A stretch of 64,000 bases of DNA from Lama guanicoe (taxonomy: Eukaryota): the NCBI GenBank assembly GCA_013239625.1, contig MU055783.1, forward strand, positions 14,543,202 through 14,607,201, read 5' to 3'. Below the pieces are notes generated by a model that was not told the origin of the DNA, ran no database searches, and saw nothing but the letters and a program-made list of their open reading frames with translations. The stretch's first letter is position 1, and each line of letters opens with the position of its first letter. The position numbers were made by a program, and so were the translations under genes. This document shows positions 11,555 through 25,672 of this stretch, piece by piece.

Positions 11555-14500
11555 AGCAAGCAGTATGATTATTTCCTTCTGAGAAATAAGAGGAGGAGAC
11601 TGAGAGAGGTGACATGACTCGCTCAGGGGTGCATGAGGAGTATGGCAGAGCTGGACACAAACCCATGACCCTGAAGCCTTTGATCTCACCACTCTGCCAC
11701 ACTAAGTGTCAGTGTAGAGACACCACATGAGACAGAGTGATGGGTGGGCCACCTCCACTCCCCCACTCCTCTCCCATGCTTATATGTCCTGGGTGTTTCA
11801 GATTAAAACAAGAGCAAAAAAAATGCAAAAATGAGGCCAGCTCCTAGAGGAAGATTTTCAATACTCAAGAATGTCAATAGTCATCTCGAGCTAGTGGCCA
11901 AAATAAACACACAAAAAAAGAAAAAGGAAAAAAAATCTACTTAAACATCACTTTTACACAACTTTACATATGGTCAATATTGTGCTCCAAATACATTTGT
12001 TTTGAGGCTAAAAATTTGATTTTTGCCAATTTCCCCAGCTTTGTCTTATCTTCGAAAATGCCTCATTTTGCTAAAGAGAAAGATGAAATCCCAGTTTGGG
12101 GTCTCGCCTTATTTGTATTAGGCTCAAAGCAGCCAGATTTCTGGATGATGTATGTCCCATCAGCTCTCAGGGACTGTGGTCCCCACTGGGGCTGTGCTCA
12201 GAGACAACATGTAACAGCTTCCATATTCCTGGAAATGAAGCCCCAGCCTCCTCTTACAGTTTCTCCCTTGGGGAACACAGCAATGTGAATCCTAATTAGC
12301 CTCAAAATAACAAACCCCAATATTAATGATCTTCCTTGAAGGTTGTTCCTGTCTGCCAGCTTTGGTAGGAAAAAAAAAAAAATCCGGTGTGAGGATTAAC
12401 CATTTCCTGCTGATTAGATGTAGTGAACTCTGGGCTAGGATACCTGGATTTGAGTCCTGGTCTTGCCAATCACTGTGTGGCCCTTTGTCTCTCTGTCAAC
12501 AAGAAGGGTGGATTCTAAGCTCCCTCCCAGTTCTATGGTCCTTGGACTCAGAATCCTTTCAACTCCATTTTATCACAGTAAGTTAAGCCACAGTCACTTG
12601 CACCGTCAAGGTCTCTCAATGCACCAGGCAAATTGCCAAGCACCTTAAATGCATTATCTTACATGATTCTCACAGAAAACCCATTACTGCCCACATTTTA
12701 CAGATTCAGAGAGATTAGCGCATGATGATGAGCCACAGCTGGGGGTCTTCTCCCCAGAGGGGTCACTGGTTGTCCCCTAACCCAATGACTATGCTCCAGA
12801 TGGGGTCCAGCAGAAGACATGTGGGTAGATCCGTTACTCTTTTTTTTTTTTTTTTTAAGAAAGGCAGCAGCAACCAGGGTGGGAGCAGTCAGGGCAATAC
12901 GGGAGGGAAAAGACACTCACTGGCGAAGCCAGGCACTTTGCACACACAGTCTAGTTTAATCCTTACACAGCCCTGTGAAGTGAGCTTGTTATTCCCATCA
13001 CACAGACGAAGAAAATGAGGTTCAGAGAAATTCAGTAGCTTGTACACACTCGCCACCACTGGTCAGCAGCAAGGCCACGAAATGAACGCGTTTTGTTTAA
13101 CTCCTTCAGTCTCACTGCACTGGAACGGCTCTTTGTGGCCAGAGGTTTCAGGGCCTGAGCAACTACACACAGAGTTATCAAGGCCAAGACTATGTGAACT
13201 GACGGTGAAATAACTGGTCCATTATTCAGTGAAAAGGAGAATCAAATGTTTCTTTACAAAGTCAGTTTTCTTGACATTGGCTGAGCTGGGGGCTCCAGGG
13301 TGTGAGGCCCAGCCCCTGTCCTGCAAGGATCCCCTCCTGGACACGTGCTGTCCCACCCACAGGAAAGGAAATGAAGGCCATGGTCCTGGTCGCACTGGGG
13401 ACTGACTTAAGAAGCCAAAGAAACACAAGAATACGGGCAGGGACACAGTCCTCACAAACCAAACCATCTTCAAATCAGAAAGCCTCGGATTGTTGTTCTC
13501 TTTCTCTTTGGCCTCATCTTTGAGGAGAAGATGTTTAAGAGGAACCGCACAGCAGGGACTCCCTGACTTCCTGGGAGAAGGGACGAACTGACTCTGAGTA
13601 CAAAGAGATGTGTTGCCCAGACGCTCTTGGGCCGTAGCTCTGCACCCACCATCCAGAGTGGCCTGCAGTGGTGTGTGTGGACTGGCTCTCTGAAAAACAG
13701 ACTAACAAGAGCAGCCCTGCTTTGTAGCGCTTGCCAATTTCCACAGTAAAAAACAGTCCCAAGTCAAGCTACTAATGCTTTGACAACTGGCTTGCAAAAG
13801 TCCTACCTATTTAACACCTGGTTCTCCCAAGCCAGTGGAAGCCAGCTCTGCACAGTGCTGGGCAGCCAGCCCTGAGGGTACACCACTCTGAGAAAGCGAG
13901 AGTCTTTTAGGACATGGTCCAGCACCCTCCTTCCCCACTATGGCTCCAGGTTTACCAAGATATTCCTGGTCCTTTTAATTCTTGCAGTTCTTTCTGCCTA
14001 GAGCATCCTTCCCCTTCTTTTCCTTCTGAGAAACTCTTATGCGTCCTTCAAGTTCAGGCTGAAAATTACTCTGACTGCTAACCCTTCCCTAGCTTCTTTA
14101 GGCAAACCTCATTCTTGATCCTTTGCCCAGGCCTGTAATATCTGCTTAAGTTTCTGCTTCTCCTACTAGACTGTGAGGCCCTCAGGGAGAGGACCATGCT
14201 TGCTTCCTCTCTGAACTAGGGGCCAGAACATAGGAGGTTCGCGATATATGACTGTTAAATGAATGAAGTTATAAACTCTCCAAGTCTCTGATATGAAGTT
14301 AGGCAGTGAATGACATCACTCCTTAACCTAGTTTAAAGGTCCAGGTCTCTCCAGATAAAGGCAGTTCTAATCGGAGTCATTGGGCAACTGTGGCTGGTAG
14401 GGTATGTCTTTTCTGCAGCTGTGGGCAGGAACTGACCACTGCAAGGGACAGAGCTCTATCTGGCCAACCTCAGCTCTGAAGGGATGTTCTGGAAAGACCC

Positions 14501-17500
14501 AAACCACTTCACTTCAGCTGAGCTGGAACTTTCTGGCAATCACAAAAAGGTTGGGGATGGGGTAGATTTCAAGGCCATAACTTGAGCCTTCTCTTAAGCT
14601 CCACCCCAAACCTATAAGCTTTCCACCAGGATGGACTGCGTCCTCCAGGATGTGCCCCCAGGACTGCCGTGAGAACCCCAGCATCAGAGGCAAGGACCAG
14701 ACCAACTCTCTCAAACTGAGAATTTCCAATCTGCAAGAGAAATGTGGAAGGAGGGACTGGGAAGGGGGAGAGTAAGAGGGAAAGTTTAAAGAATAAGAAT
14801 GACTGGAGAGAGTAGTAACGTTCTCTGCATAAACAGGTGATAAAAGCTGATAACAGCAATGACAAAATTAAGAAAATAAAAACACTGCTCTGAAGATTTA
14901 TAGACCAGCTAACACAGAGCTAAATTGGCAATAACTTGAGCTGATAAAAAGCAACAGGGCATCAACCACATAAACACCCGGCCACTTCAATGCTTCCGTG
15001 TATATTACGATGACACTGGTTTGTTGACACCACACCGTCCCCGTGACCCCGGGCACCAGGAATGGTGCCTGACTCACGGTGGGGGGAGGTGGTGCAGGGT
15101 TGATGCTGACGAGGAGCTTTTTCAGAAAGACAAGTTATCCTTGACTGGATGCAGATGGCCCAGTGAAAAATGAAATCTGCCAGCGGAGGCTGCCTTTATC
15201 AGCTGTGGAAGTTCAGCAGGGACAAGACTTCCCATCCCCGGCTTGCCTGAACGAGCCTCCGGTTTCAGCACCATATCACAGACTGTCCTAATGAATTCTT
15301 CTGACGGCTGGAGCCTGCGCATATCTGCTTCCAGGAGTGCACCCTGGCGGGCTGGGGCATGGTACCGAACTCGCCTGGTGTTTGCATTCCGCCTTGGAGT
15401 CGGAGTGGGCAAGGAATTCTTGCAGCAGGAAAAGGGCTGTCAGACTCACCAGGACTGAATGCCCTGTCTAAACCGGGCCATCCTGCCGTTATCCCGCGCC
15501 CTTCATTGACTCATTGACTTGGGGGGGGAGGAGGCGTGCCCAGGAAAGGCCAAGAGGTGCCCCAGGGCATGCTAAGCCACACACCCAGTGGGTGTCCACA
15601 GTGTCAGAGACAAAATGACAAGAATAAGTTGCTATTTATTAACTAACTTCCTATTACATGCAAGCCCCACACCAGGCACTTGGCCTCATTTATCCCATAC
15701 AACTGTCCCATGAGGTCATGTTCCATCCACACCTCACAACCTCAGCAAATGGAGGGTTCAGTCCAGCTGTCCACAGTCATGGGGCTGGTAAGTGGCAGAT
15801 CTGGGAAATGAAGCTCAGTTTCATCTACTGACAGACAGCCTGTGATCCTAAAAGGGCTAGTGTGGAGGTAAACAGGCAAAAAGAAAGAAATACCTGGAGA
15901 TTCTGCAGTAGATAATCAGATAAGCTTTTCAGTTTCCTCCAGGTTTAGTAGCACCCTGGAGACGATCACAGTAAAACATTGGTAAACTATGAGCTGATCA
16001 TAGTGGTTTAAAAAAAAAACCCACCTAGTATAATTTCTGGGTCTCAGGACCCAGAACCAGGAGTTTTTAGCTGCCTCTGCCTTTGTGTAAGCTGTTGTTC
16101 TTCCTGTCTGGTACACCAACCAAGGAATGCAGCCAACTGCTTAGGAAGCAGTGTTTCCAAGGATGTGTTCTGTCCCCAAAACTGAGACCCACAGATCTCT
16201 CGATTCCTTGATACTGTCCCTCTTGCTGACACACTCCAAGTTTTGCCTCTGACTACTTTCTTCCTCTCTTATTTGGGAAGTTGAACCCAGCAGGTGGCAT
16301 TTCCATGGGTTCAGAGAGGATCTTTACATGAAAGATGCCCCAGGACACCTGGGCCATAGGCCTAATATCTGATGAGAGTGGGTCCCAGCCAGTCCCACCT
16401 GCCAGCCGCCTCCTCACCAAGGTGACTGACAGGTGGAGAGGTGATGCTGTGTCCCAGTCCCTTCAGTCTCCTGGCTTGGGGACTTCAAGTGAGGATCACA
16501 GGGACAACTGTGGGTCAACTGGAGTCTGGCAGGGACCAATTGCCTGCTCCTTGCAGCTTTGCCCCGTGTGGCCCACCTCTCATCTCTGCAGTGAGGTGAG
16601 CCACAGCTTGCTGGTGGGGACGGCCCAGGGTCAGTGCAAGCCGGGACCTGGGGGCAGGCTCTGCCTCAGCCCTTCTTGAATGGCTTTGCCCTGCTCGACA
16701 CACAGCTGGAGACCTGGCTGCCCTGATGGGCACGGGGCCTCAGGCCCTGCAACATCCCCTTTCGTCTTCAGGACAACCCTGGAGGTGAACAGTGTTGTTA
16801 TCTGAGCAGAAGCTGAGGCTCAGAAGGTGCTTCACGTCTCACAGTGTGAGTGGCAGAGCCTGCATCCCAGCGCTGGGGTGCTCCTGCCTCCTGGAGGACA
16901 TGCCCACCCCGCGGCCTCTTTCAGCAAGCCTCATCCTTTGCTCTGAGCACGTCTGTGCCGCTCCTGTCAGAGGTGAATGGAGGGACCGGCCAGGGGCTGG
17001 ATCAGCAAATAGAACCACACTGCATCTTGTGGCGGCAGTTGGAATTTACCAGACACGTAGAGGAGGGGCAGGGTCTGACAAGATTCACGTCTCCCCAGCT
17101 GCTTCTCCCAGGGCCTAGAAGTCCCGGCCTAAAAACAGTGGCAGCTAGTCTCTGCGTGACAGCATCAGGAGCCTTCCTCAGAACACGCTTTAACTCAGAG
17201 GCATCATCAGGAGGAGTCTACGAGAAAGGGTAAACTCTGCCTCAGTCCACCTGCTGCTGGGATGAAGGCAGATGCAGCCCCTGTGACTTCTCCCCCCATG
17301 AGCTCTCCATCCTCCCTTACCGAGGTCGCTGTGCCTCGCCTCCGCTCCTAGGGGTTGGTTTCCTGCAGTGGGGGCCAGAAACAAGGCTGTGCCCACTTCG
17401 AATGACAAAGGCCACTGACATGGCTCATTATATTTTTAGACCTCAGAAAAATTGGGAGAAGAGACATCTTGTGACAGGCTCCCTGGCCTTCTTCCTTTGG

Positions 17501-18019
17501 ATGGTAAGGGCCTAGAGACATCTTAGAAAAATGGAGGCTGCCTGCTGGGACCAAGGGGCAATCCTATCCAGGGGCCCCATCACGAGATTCCCCCCTCCCC
17601 CACTGTCCCCAGACACTGACAGCTTCCTCCTCCGCCCGCCCCCTCTGACGCAGAGCTCCTTGGGAAAGCAGGATGCTGCTTTTAAAAAGTACTCATTGAC
17701 CTTGAACTTTTAAATGTGTTTCTCAATTTTCCCCTTTTATCACTGTCCGGCTAACATTATGCTATGTCATTTAAGTTCCGGTATTTAACATAAAATATTG
17801 AATGAAAACATACTTTATAAACAGGCTCTACAACTGGCTATGGGTGGAGGGAACATTTTGCCAATCCTGTCTGTCCTTCCTCTGGGTACTTGGCAACCAT
17901 TCCGAGTATCCAAACAAGCTGGTGGGCAAGAGAGCATCACTGTCGCATTCTTTTGGCATTTCTGGTCCTCTGGCTGGTGGGGCCAACATGCCCTGGGACG
18001 AGGGGGATAAATACTGTAG

Positions 18020-18150
18020 AATGAAGCAGTTAAGAGTGGGGGTTTGAGTCAGAGCTGAGTTAGAGTCTCAACTCGGCCATGCACAAGCTGTGTGACCCTG
18101 TGTGAGGTATTTCTTAGAGCCTCAGTTTCTTCATCTGTAGGCTGGGAACG
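18020..18150 (+). mobile_element. MIR SINE fragment
   Basis: gttaagag ... agctgtgtgaccctg ... cctcagtttcttcatctgta. Confidence 0.65.
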
Positions 18151-19292
18151 TTCTCAGTAAGAGAATGCACAAAAAATGGCATGAGTCTGCACATCAAGGT
18201 CCAGCAAATGGCACCCATTACTATTATTTGCATGTTAGCTCTTGAGCATCTCCCATCAGAAAAGACTTGGTGTGTGTTAACAGAGCTGGTACAGGTTCAT
18301 GCGGGGGGCAGGCCCCATCAGACAGAAGCCCCCTCTTCCTGTCACACCTCCCTGACATCCACACTCCATCCCTCATCTGTCTCGTCTTTCTTCCCAGTTG
18401 TCCCCCTCTTTCGCCCCTCCTGCCTCTTTCTCCTGGAGTCCAACTGCCTCCTCAGTGGCTCTGAGAATCCCTGCTGTGTCAGGCAATCCTTCTCGCCCAG
18501 TGTCAACATCACCAGTGCTCCCAGGATGTTGCGAAGGGGAGAAGCCCCTTGTTTCTACCAACCCATTCTCTACGTTGATCTCAGCCCCATCCCCTTGGAT
18601 CACCTTTCAATCCTCTCTCGCGCCATAAAAATATCTTTCTCTCTTAAATTCACATTTGCTAATTGGGTCTGCCTTAACTGCTTACATCTGAGATCTGCCT
18701 GTGTGAGGCTTCCACTCATAGCTGGCTGATTTTCAGTCTGTGCTTAAAAGCACTGACTTTCCAGAGTCTTGGTCCTCAGTGAGGAGTTCATCCTCGTCCC
18801 CTCGCCAGTTCCTGAAACCCGACCTTATTCAGGAGGTTGTGCCTGCGTATGGCTGTCTGCTGGCTGGCCTGGTGGGATTCCAGCCCTCTGAGAGATGACC
18901 CTTCCTGTGCTGCCTGGCTCTCTCCTTCCCTCTCAAGGTGAGTCTGAGAACACAAAGAATCCGGATTTCGCTTGAAAAATGGAGAAAAGCCCAGAGTCCT
19001 CCACTGAAGCAGCTACTTTCTCAGTGCAAGAAACTGAACCAGGTATGGTCATCATCATCATGATCGTTTAAATTTATTTATTGTAAGTTTTGCACAGATT
19101 TCAATCACTTGATAAATAAAATGGTCACTAGAAGGAAAGACCTGAAAAAAAGGGGCCAAGACCCTCCTATCTTCTTGGGGATTTGTTTTCCTTACTGTGG
19201 TTCTCACACATTTACTGTGAGAAATTCCTGTGAGCTACTCTGCCTGCCACAAGGCTTTGAAGAAAAATGCCCCCACTTGAGAACCACTGTTA

Positions 19293-19297
19293 TACAC

Positions 19298-19319
<22 letters not shown>
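19293..19319 (+). repeat. (AC)n microsatellite, about 13 units
   Basis: Read directly from sequence. Confidence 0.95.
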
Positions 19320-19328
<9 letters not shown>

Positions 19329-21938
19329 GACATACCCATCAGTCCAGAATCAGGGGTGCAAACACCCTCAGGAGGACAGGGCTCTGGAAGACACTGCCTT
19401 TTCCCTTTGGCAGCCACAGAAGGAGCTCAGTCAGCAAGTGGCTCCTGGTAGAAGCAAGTCGTGGGGAATTCCTGCCTGGCTCTCAGGGAACCCAGCGGCT
19501 CCACAGCTGTAGGACTTCCGTTTGTGGGTGTCGGCCAGCAGGGCGGCAGGGAGGTGCAGGCCTGCAGCAGAGATGCGGACTGGGTGAGGGCAAGGACTGG
19601 ATGTGCAGGTGGGGCCTCGCACCACCCTTCTCCTTACCTGGACAGGTCTCCGTGCTGTGGAAAGTCACTGACAGAGGACACAGTCACCGTGTCTGACAAC
19701 AGACCTCCGCAAGGCGGCTTTCCTGACCACCTTCAGCACGCATGTCCTGCCCCACGGCCCCAGGGACCGTCGCAGCAGAGCCCCACACCATTCTTCACGG
19801 CCACTCTCTATGGGCTAACAAAGATTCAGGGCGGTCCCAGGATTGTCAAGTGCACAACTCATCAGTCGCCTCTTAGCAAGTATTTATTGAGACCAGCCTT
19901 TTGGTCTTTGCTTTGGGAAGTGTGGCCCACAGGCCAGCAGGGTGGGCATCAGCCGGGCGCTTGTTAGGAATGCAGTCTCAGGCCCTGCCCCGGAACTTCC
20001 GGAGGGGATGTCCTCATAGAAATAACATGGGACAGGGAGACAGTCTGTTCCTTCCCTCTGGGAGCTCGCACACGGTTAGGAAGACGATATGTAGGTATAA
20101 AACTATGGAGCAGGGTGCACATCTACAACATCAAGCTCGCTTTGGAAGGAAACTTGGATGCAGAACACCACGACCAAGTCCTGCCTCAGCCACTACTGTC
20201 ACTGAGCCTCAGCTTTCTCATCTGTAAAGTGGGAACAATACCTGTCCTGTCTACATTACAGATGGTCCTCGATGGGAAAGCACTACAACCATTTAAGATA
20301 CTGTTGAATGTTACATACTCGAAGTGCTACAGAGGTTCTGGGCTGAGAGAGTCTGGGATGGTCCAGCACAGGCTGGGTGGCCTTTTAAAGATATTGAACC
20401 ACACACGATAGTAAAGCAAGGTGTAAAAGCGTACGTTTTGACATTTGCAACTAACAGAGCATCCAGCCCCAGCTACAGAGCTCCCTCTGGCCAGTTTTCA
20501 CTCTGACGATCTGCTCATGGTCCACACCGTGGGGCTAGGAACACACACTCAGTGCCAATGGGTGCTTCACAAAAGACACAAAGCAAACAGACGTGTCTGC
20601 ATGAACCCTGTTGCTGCAAACTTAGCTCTTGTTTGCAGCGTATGGAAATGGACTTGTCATTTTGCAGATCTGACCCGTGAAGATGTCCGAGCACTGCAAG
20701 AGGATGCCCGGGAAGGGGTGGGAAGTAAAGGAAATCAACAGGTGAGTTCTCAAGGGCATCATTTTCCCAGATGGTGATCAGATCTTTGTTATGTGCTAGA
20801 TGTTTTCATGCTTTTTTATTCATTTAAACCTCACTCCAACCCTATCAGGCAGATAGGGACAAAAGAGTCCCCATTTCACTGATGAGGAAACTGGGGACTT
20901 AGCTTCTGAACCCAGGTTGGTCTGCTTTCCAAAGCCCATGACCTTAACTGCAAGCTAACCTGCCCAAGCAGTGTGAGAATCTCTGCTCTTCCTCCTGCAG
21001 TTGAAACAATGTGACTGCTTTTGTTGAGAAACCTGGCTCGCTCTGACTCCCTGATGNNNNNNNNNNNNNNNNNNNNNNNNNNNNNNNNNNNNNNNNNNNN
21101 NNNNNNNNNNNNNNNNNNNNNNNNNNNNNNNNNNNNNNNNNNNNNNNNNNNNNNNNNNNNNNNNNNNNNNNNNNNNNNNNNNNNNNNNNNNNNNNNTCAG
21201 GACCTGACTTTTAGGCAGCCCAAACTGAGCTACCCTTCAACGCAGAGAAGGCTCTGTGCTGAGGTGCCGTCTGCTCAAGACACGTTTTAAACGAACAAAT
21301 GAAGCCTGGAACGCACGGGAGCTCCCAGATAATGGAGCCCAAAGGGGCGGCACCAAATTAATCTCCCTATTTACAACTGAAAAACCTTCCACTGGGACCA
21401 GAAAGAGAGTTTAGTTCACAGATCTTTGCTTTCACACTTGGCTGCCCTGGAAGTCTGAGCAGTTTGCAACCTGCTGAGCTGATTTACAGCAACTGTGGTT
21501 TTAAATTCGGTTGTACTAGGTGTTCATTTGACACTCTCCTGATTGCAGTGTGTGCCTGTGAACTTTTCAGCGAAGACCAGTTATCACCTGCATCTCTCTA
21601 TTCTCTTTTGCTGACCTGGAGTAAGAAGTGATGTAATGATAGCCCGATTAAAATGAACCTGAGAACACAATTCCCCCTGTGCCGTCCACAAGCCTATCTG
21701 ACCGTAGCACAATGTCACTTCATGATGAGCGGTGAAGGCGGTGCTCTCTGCTGCATCTAAGACCAGTAATTGCCTCCTGAGGTTCAACAGAGCCTCAAAT
21801 AGTGGTCAGGACCTGGACACACCTAATTAGTGGTCACTGATGTCAGTGGCAACTTCTCTGCTTAAAAAAGACGCAACTGTCCTCAAATTGAAACACAATA
21901 CAGCTGATAGAGTCTTACCACTTTCCTTTTGAACAGAC

Positions 21939-21944
21939 TTTAAT
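21939..21944 (-). terminator. Polyadenylation signal ATTAAA of WT1
   Basis: Plus-strand tttaat, about 17 nt upstream of the inferred cleavage site. Confidence 0.8.
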
Positions 21945-22147
21945 TGAGAGCGAAGTGAAAAATGCAGGTTACATTTTTAGTGTTCTTATCAATATGTTGG
22001 AAGATCAACACCAGTGACACATCTAACATTTATACATTTCCTAACTTTAGTTGTCAAAGAGCAAATCATTATCAGATACATATATTTACACAATAATTTC
22101 AAGCAACAGTACATAATAAACTTCCCCCCTTAAAAAACAAAAACAAA

Positions 22148-22161
22148 ACACACACACACAC
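22148..22161 (-). repeat. (GT)7 dinucleotide repeat in the WT1 3'UTR
   Basis: Plus-strand acacacacacacac; the human WT1 3'UTR also carries a GT repeat (from memory). Confidence 0.85.
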
Positions 22162-23174
22162 CCAACCACCTTTAAACAATGGATTTCCTCACACTAGGTA
22201 AGCCTCATTTTTTTTTTTCACATAAACTTGTAGACCCAAAGTTACTTAAGTTACTCAAGAACAGTCTTATCAGTGGAGATCCTGGACCAGCCCTTATTTT
22301 CTTTTGAGTCACTTTAATTTTTACAACTTGAAGCCACATAACCAGCGTGGTCTGTACACTATGGAGGACACCCCAAATGAGAAAAATGAACTCCACTTCC
22401 TTTGTGTGAGGAGATTTGTACATCTCTGAAGATGCGTATGATTACAATTCAGAAAGAAACACAAAAACAGGATCTCAGATCTTCAAGCACGGTTTCGTAA
22501 GAGCACTGTGCTAGTGTTGACATCGAACTGACTGAACGGTAAGATTCTTTTAGCTAACTCTGCAGAGGTACTGGTTAGTTCTGATTCTTTTTTCAGCTGC
22601 TTGAAACGCTTGAGTTTTAAAAGCTGCCTGGTAGCGCTACATCCTGCCTTCCAGGGCAGCAGCCTGCCTAACCTCCGGAATGTCGGCTGGGACTCACCCC
22701 CAGTGCCTTGCTCTCTGATTTATTTCTTGCTGTTGCTGTTAGTAAATGGAAACCATGACAAAGTTTACATTAGCAGACACATCCAAATGCCCTGGCCTAT
22801 AAATATTCTATGATGGAAAATGGTACAACGACTCTATTCCTCGTGAAAATGAGCGTAAAATGGAGAAGGGGAGGGCGGGGGGACACCTTCAACAATGGCT
22901 CTTCTTACACTGGAAAATCCAGACCAAATGGTGATGGGCTTTGAACTGACCGGACACTGTGAGCCACTTCTCCAGGGCCTTCTGAGTCAACGAAGAGTTG
23001 GCCAAGAAGAGACCAACTCCCTCCGGGCAAACCTGGTAGGATCCAGTAGCACAGACATCTTGTCTTGGAAGCTGGATGAAGAAGGTCAACCGCCAATTCC
23101 TTCTGAGAGAGGAATTTTAAAGTCAGCTCTGAGTCCTGCCTGGGACACAGAGCGGTGCCCCGGGATGGGGGGCC

Positions 23175-23315
<141 letters not shown>

Positions 23316-24939
23316 TCAGAGACACGTGCGGCGGAGAGACTGGGAGCAAGTTCAACTATCAAAGTCCCGCATTAAACCATCACAAGGCACCCACTCCAGG
23401 TTCCCTCCAGCTCTTCCCCTCACCTACCACCCCGGGCTCATCTCACAGGCAGTCTGGAAATAGCAGCACCTCTGGGGCCTTAAGGGTTAAAATATTGTGA
23501 AAATTATAAACTATGAGTAAGTCAGAAGACTTGGAAAATAGGAGAAAAGTGGTGAATCGAATTAATGGAAATGTCTGGGCAATTCGTATTTGAATAAGGG
23601 GGAAAAACGTTTGGCTCCACCTCTTCTGTTAGGCTGTTCCGTGAGCTGTGCACAGTGTGAGGAGGGAACCGAGCTCCACTGGGAGGCGAGGGCTTCAGGA
23701 TCATTGCCCTGGAGATGTCTGCTGACTGCCACCCAGGAGCGGAGCTGGGACACTGGCTTTAACATCTCTGTCTCTGTAGATATTCTGGCTGGGGTGGGGG
23801 GAGCTGGGTATTTTTAAATAAATTTTTGACTTTTACCCTAAAATGTTACTCAGAGCATAACACCTATTATACAGAAGACTCTAGCTGAGGCAGTTTTGAG
23901 TTTTTTAAACAAACTTGCCCCAAAATTGAGGCTTCTCCACCTAGGACTCAGAGGTTCCTTCCAAGCCTCATTCTGGGTAGGGAAGATAATGAGCATTTAC
24001 TAAGAGCCTAAAAGACCCCAAGCCTTGTGCTAGGTATTTTATATATATATATAAAAATATATATATTTTCATGTACTCCTCATAACCACCTGTAAGGGAA
24101 GCATTATTATCCCCACTCTACAGATGAGGCTGGACCTCTGGTGAGGGCAGACCCACGCAGGACTTAAATCCAAAGCCCACACACTTTGCTGCATCACACC
24201 TCTCGGGCCTCAGCGTAATGAAAATAGAGCCGCCGTGGCTTTGTCTTAAGTGAAAATGCCACAGGAGCCAACCCCTGTACCACCCAGGGATCTTCCCGGG
24301 ATATGGTTTAGTCCCACTTGGCTTTCTCTGAGAACGACTAGTCAGGAGAAGCCCTGAGAAATGTCCTGGGGAGGTGCTGTCCCAGGGTCAGAACTGGGGG
24401 CCGATCAAATACTATGTGAAACAGTCTGCTGGTGACATAGGTCACTCTGTACAAATGCAGATGTGCACAGGGTTGGGGGCGAGATACCAAGAATGATAAC
24501 TCCTTTCCACCGAATTATGAGCTCAAGACTAAGGCAAAGAAGTGACACCAAAAGCACCCGAGCAGGGGAACGAGGTGCCCATTCCGCCAACTCTGGGGCA
24601 CAGGTGCTTGGACTCCATGTGTAAGTGCAGCCTGTGGGAGCTGAGAATCCAGGACTGCACGGGGCTCCTGACCTCCTGTTCCCCTCACCTCCCACTCCCT
24701 GTTCCTCTGCTCTGCCTGATCTGGCTCCCTCTCTCCATCAGCCACGCCACGCTGTCAAAGGGACCTCCTAACGGACAAATCCCAACCCTTCCTCCTGTCG
24801 TCATCACCCTCCCCAGCCTGTCAACGGACTTCAACTTTGCTGATGTTGGCTCTCTTCCTGATTCTCTATCCTCCCTGGGCTGCAAGGTGGACCCACGCTC
24901 TTTCTCCAACAAAGAAGGCAGCAGGTAGGTGGGCTGGGA

Positions 24940-25100
24940 GCTGACAGAACCGGGTTTGCCACTTACTGGGTTTGGGACTTTATTAGACAAAATCATTTTG
25001 TCACTGTGTGTCTCAGTCTCCTGATCTATAAAATGGGGATAAAACATATCTACTCTACTCTACTTCCAAGGATGTTGTGAAGATAAAATGAGGTAACCTA
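24940..25100 (+). mobile_element. MIR SINE in intron 9
   Basis: gccacttact ... ctcagtctcctgatctataaaatggggata ... gttgtgaagataaaatgag. Confidence 0.7.
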
Positions 25101-25672
25101 AGCATTGGCCCTCCTTCCAAAGCTAGAAAATACATGACAAAGATGGTATTTTCATTACAAATCACACCAGCCTTGTGAGAAGCAAAAACTTTCAGCAGCC
25201 AGTGAATAAATGTCCTAGTCCCCTCTCTATACTAGTACAAAGGAAAAAATACCTATGCTTTGAGAGGAGTCTGACAGAAACCATGACTGCTCGTGGGGCA
25301 TTAACTTTTAAAAGAGCAAGGATCTGGGTCTCTGAAAATAGTGTCATGAAACGTGAGCTTCAGAAGAATAAATGTTTGGCTTGCTAGAATTTCTGCTACT
25401 TTTCTGTAATGTTGATTATTGTATCAAACTGAGTGATAAAAAGATGACGCCACAAATTGGGAACAACAGGAACCTGGATTATCTCTTCATTTCACTCTGG
25501 ACACTCACAGGAGTTCTTTTCACATCTCCTCTGTTCTGTACCCCCCACCCCCATCCCTTCTTAAACAGTGTTATTATTTAAAGGTAGCCATGCACTCTTC
25601 TTTCTCTCCTCTGAGTCTAAACCTGCTTAGAACCTTCACACTCATCTCTTCCAATCTCGCTCATCACAAGCA

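Larger units (their letters stand above)
21922..23174 (-). other. WT1: WT1 3'UTR (~1.25 kb)
   Basis: Follows the stop codon; ends ...CTCTCAATTAAAGTCTGTTCAAAAGGAAA, like the mammalian WT1 mRNA end as I recall it; contains a GT repeat and U-rich tracts. Confidence 0.85.

Noticed and set aside
18181-18729. 182-aa intergenic ORF (also the 168-aa ORFs at 19461 and 42974)
   Set aside because: No recognisable homology or exon structure; lengths expected by chance in mammalian DNA
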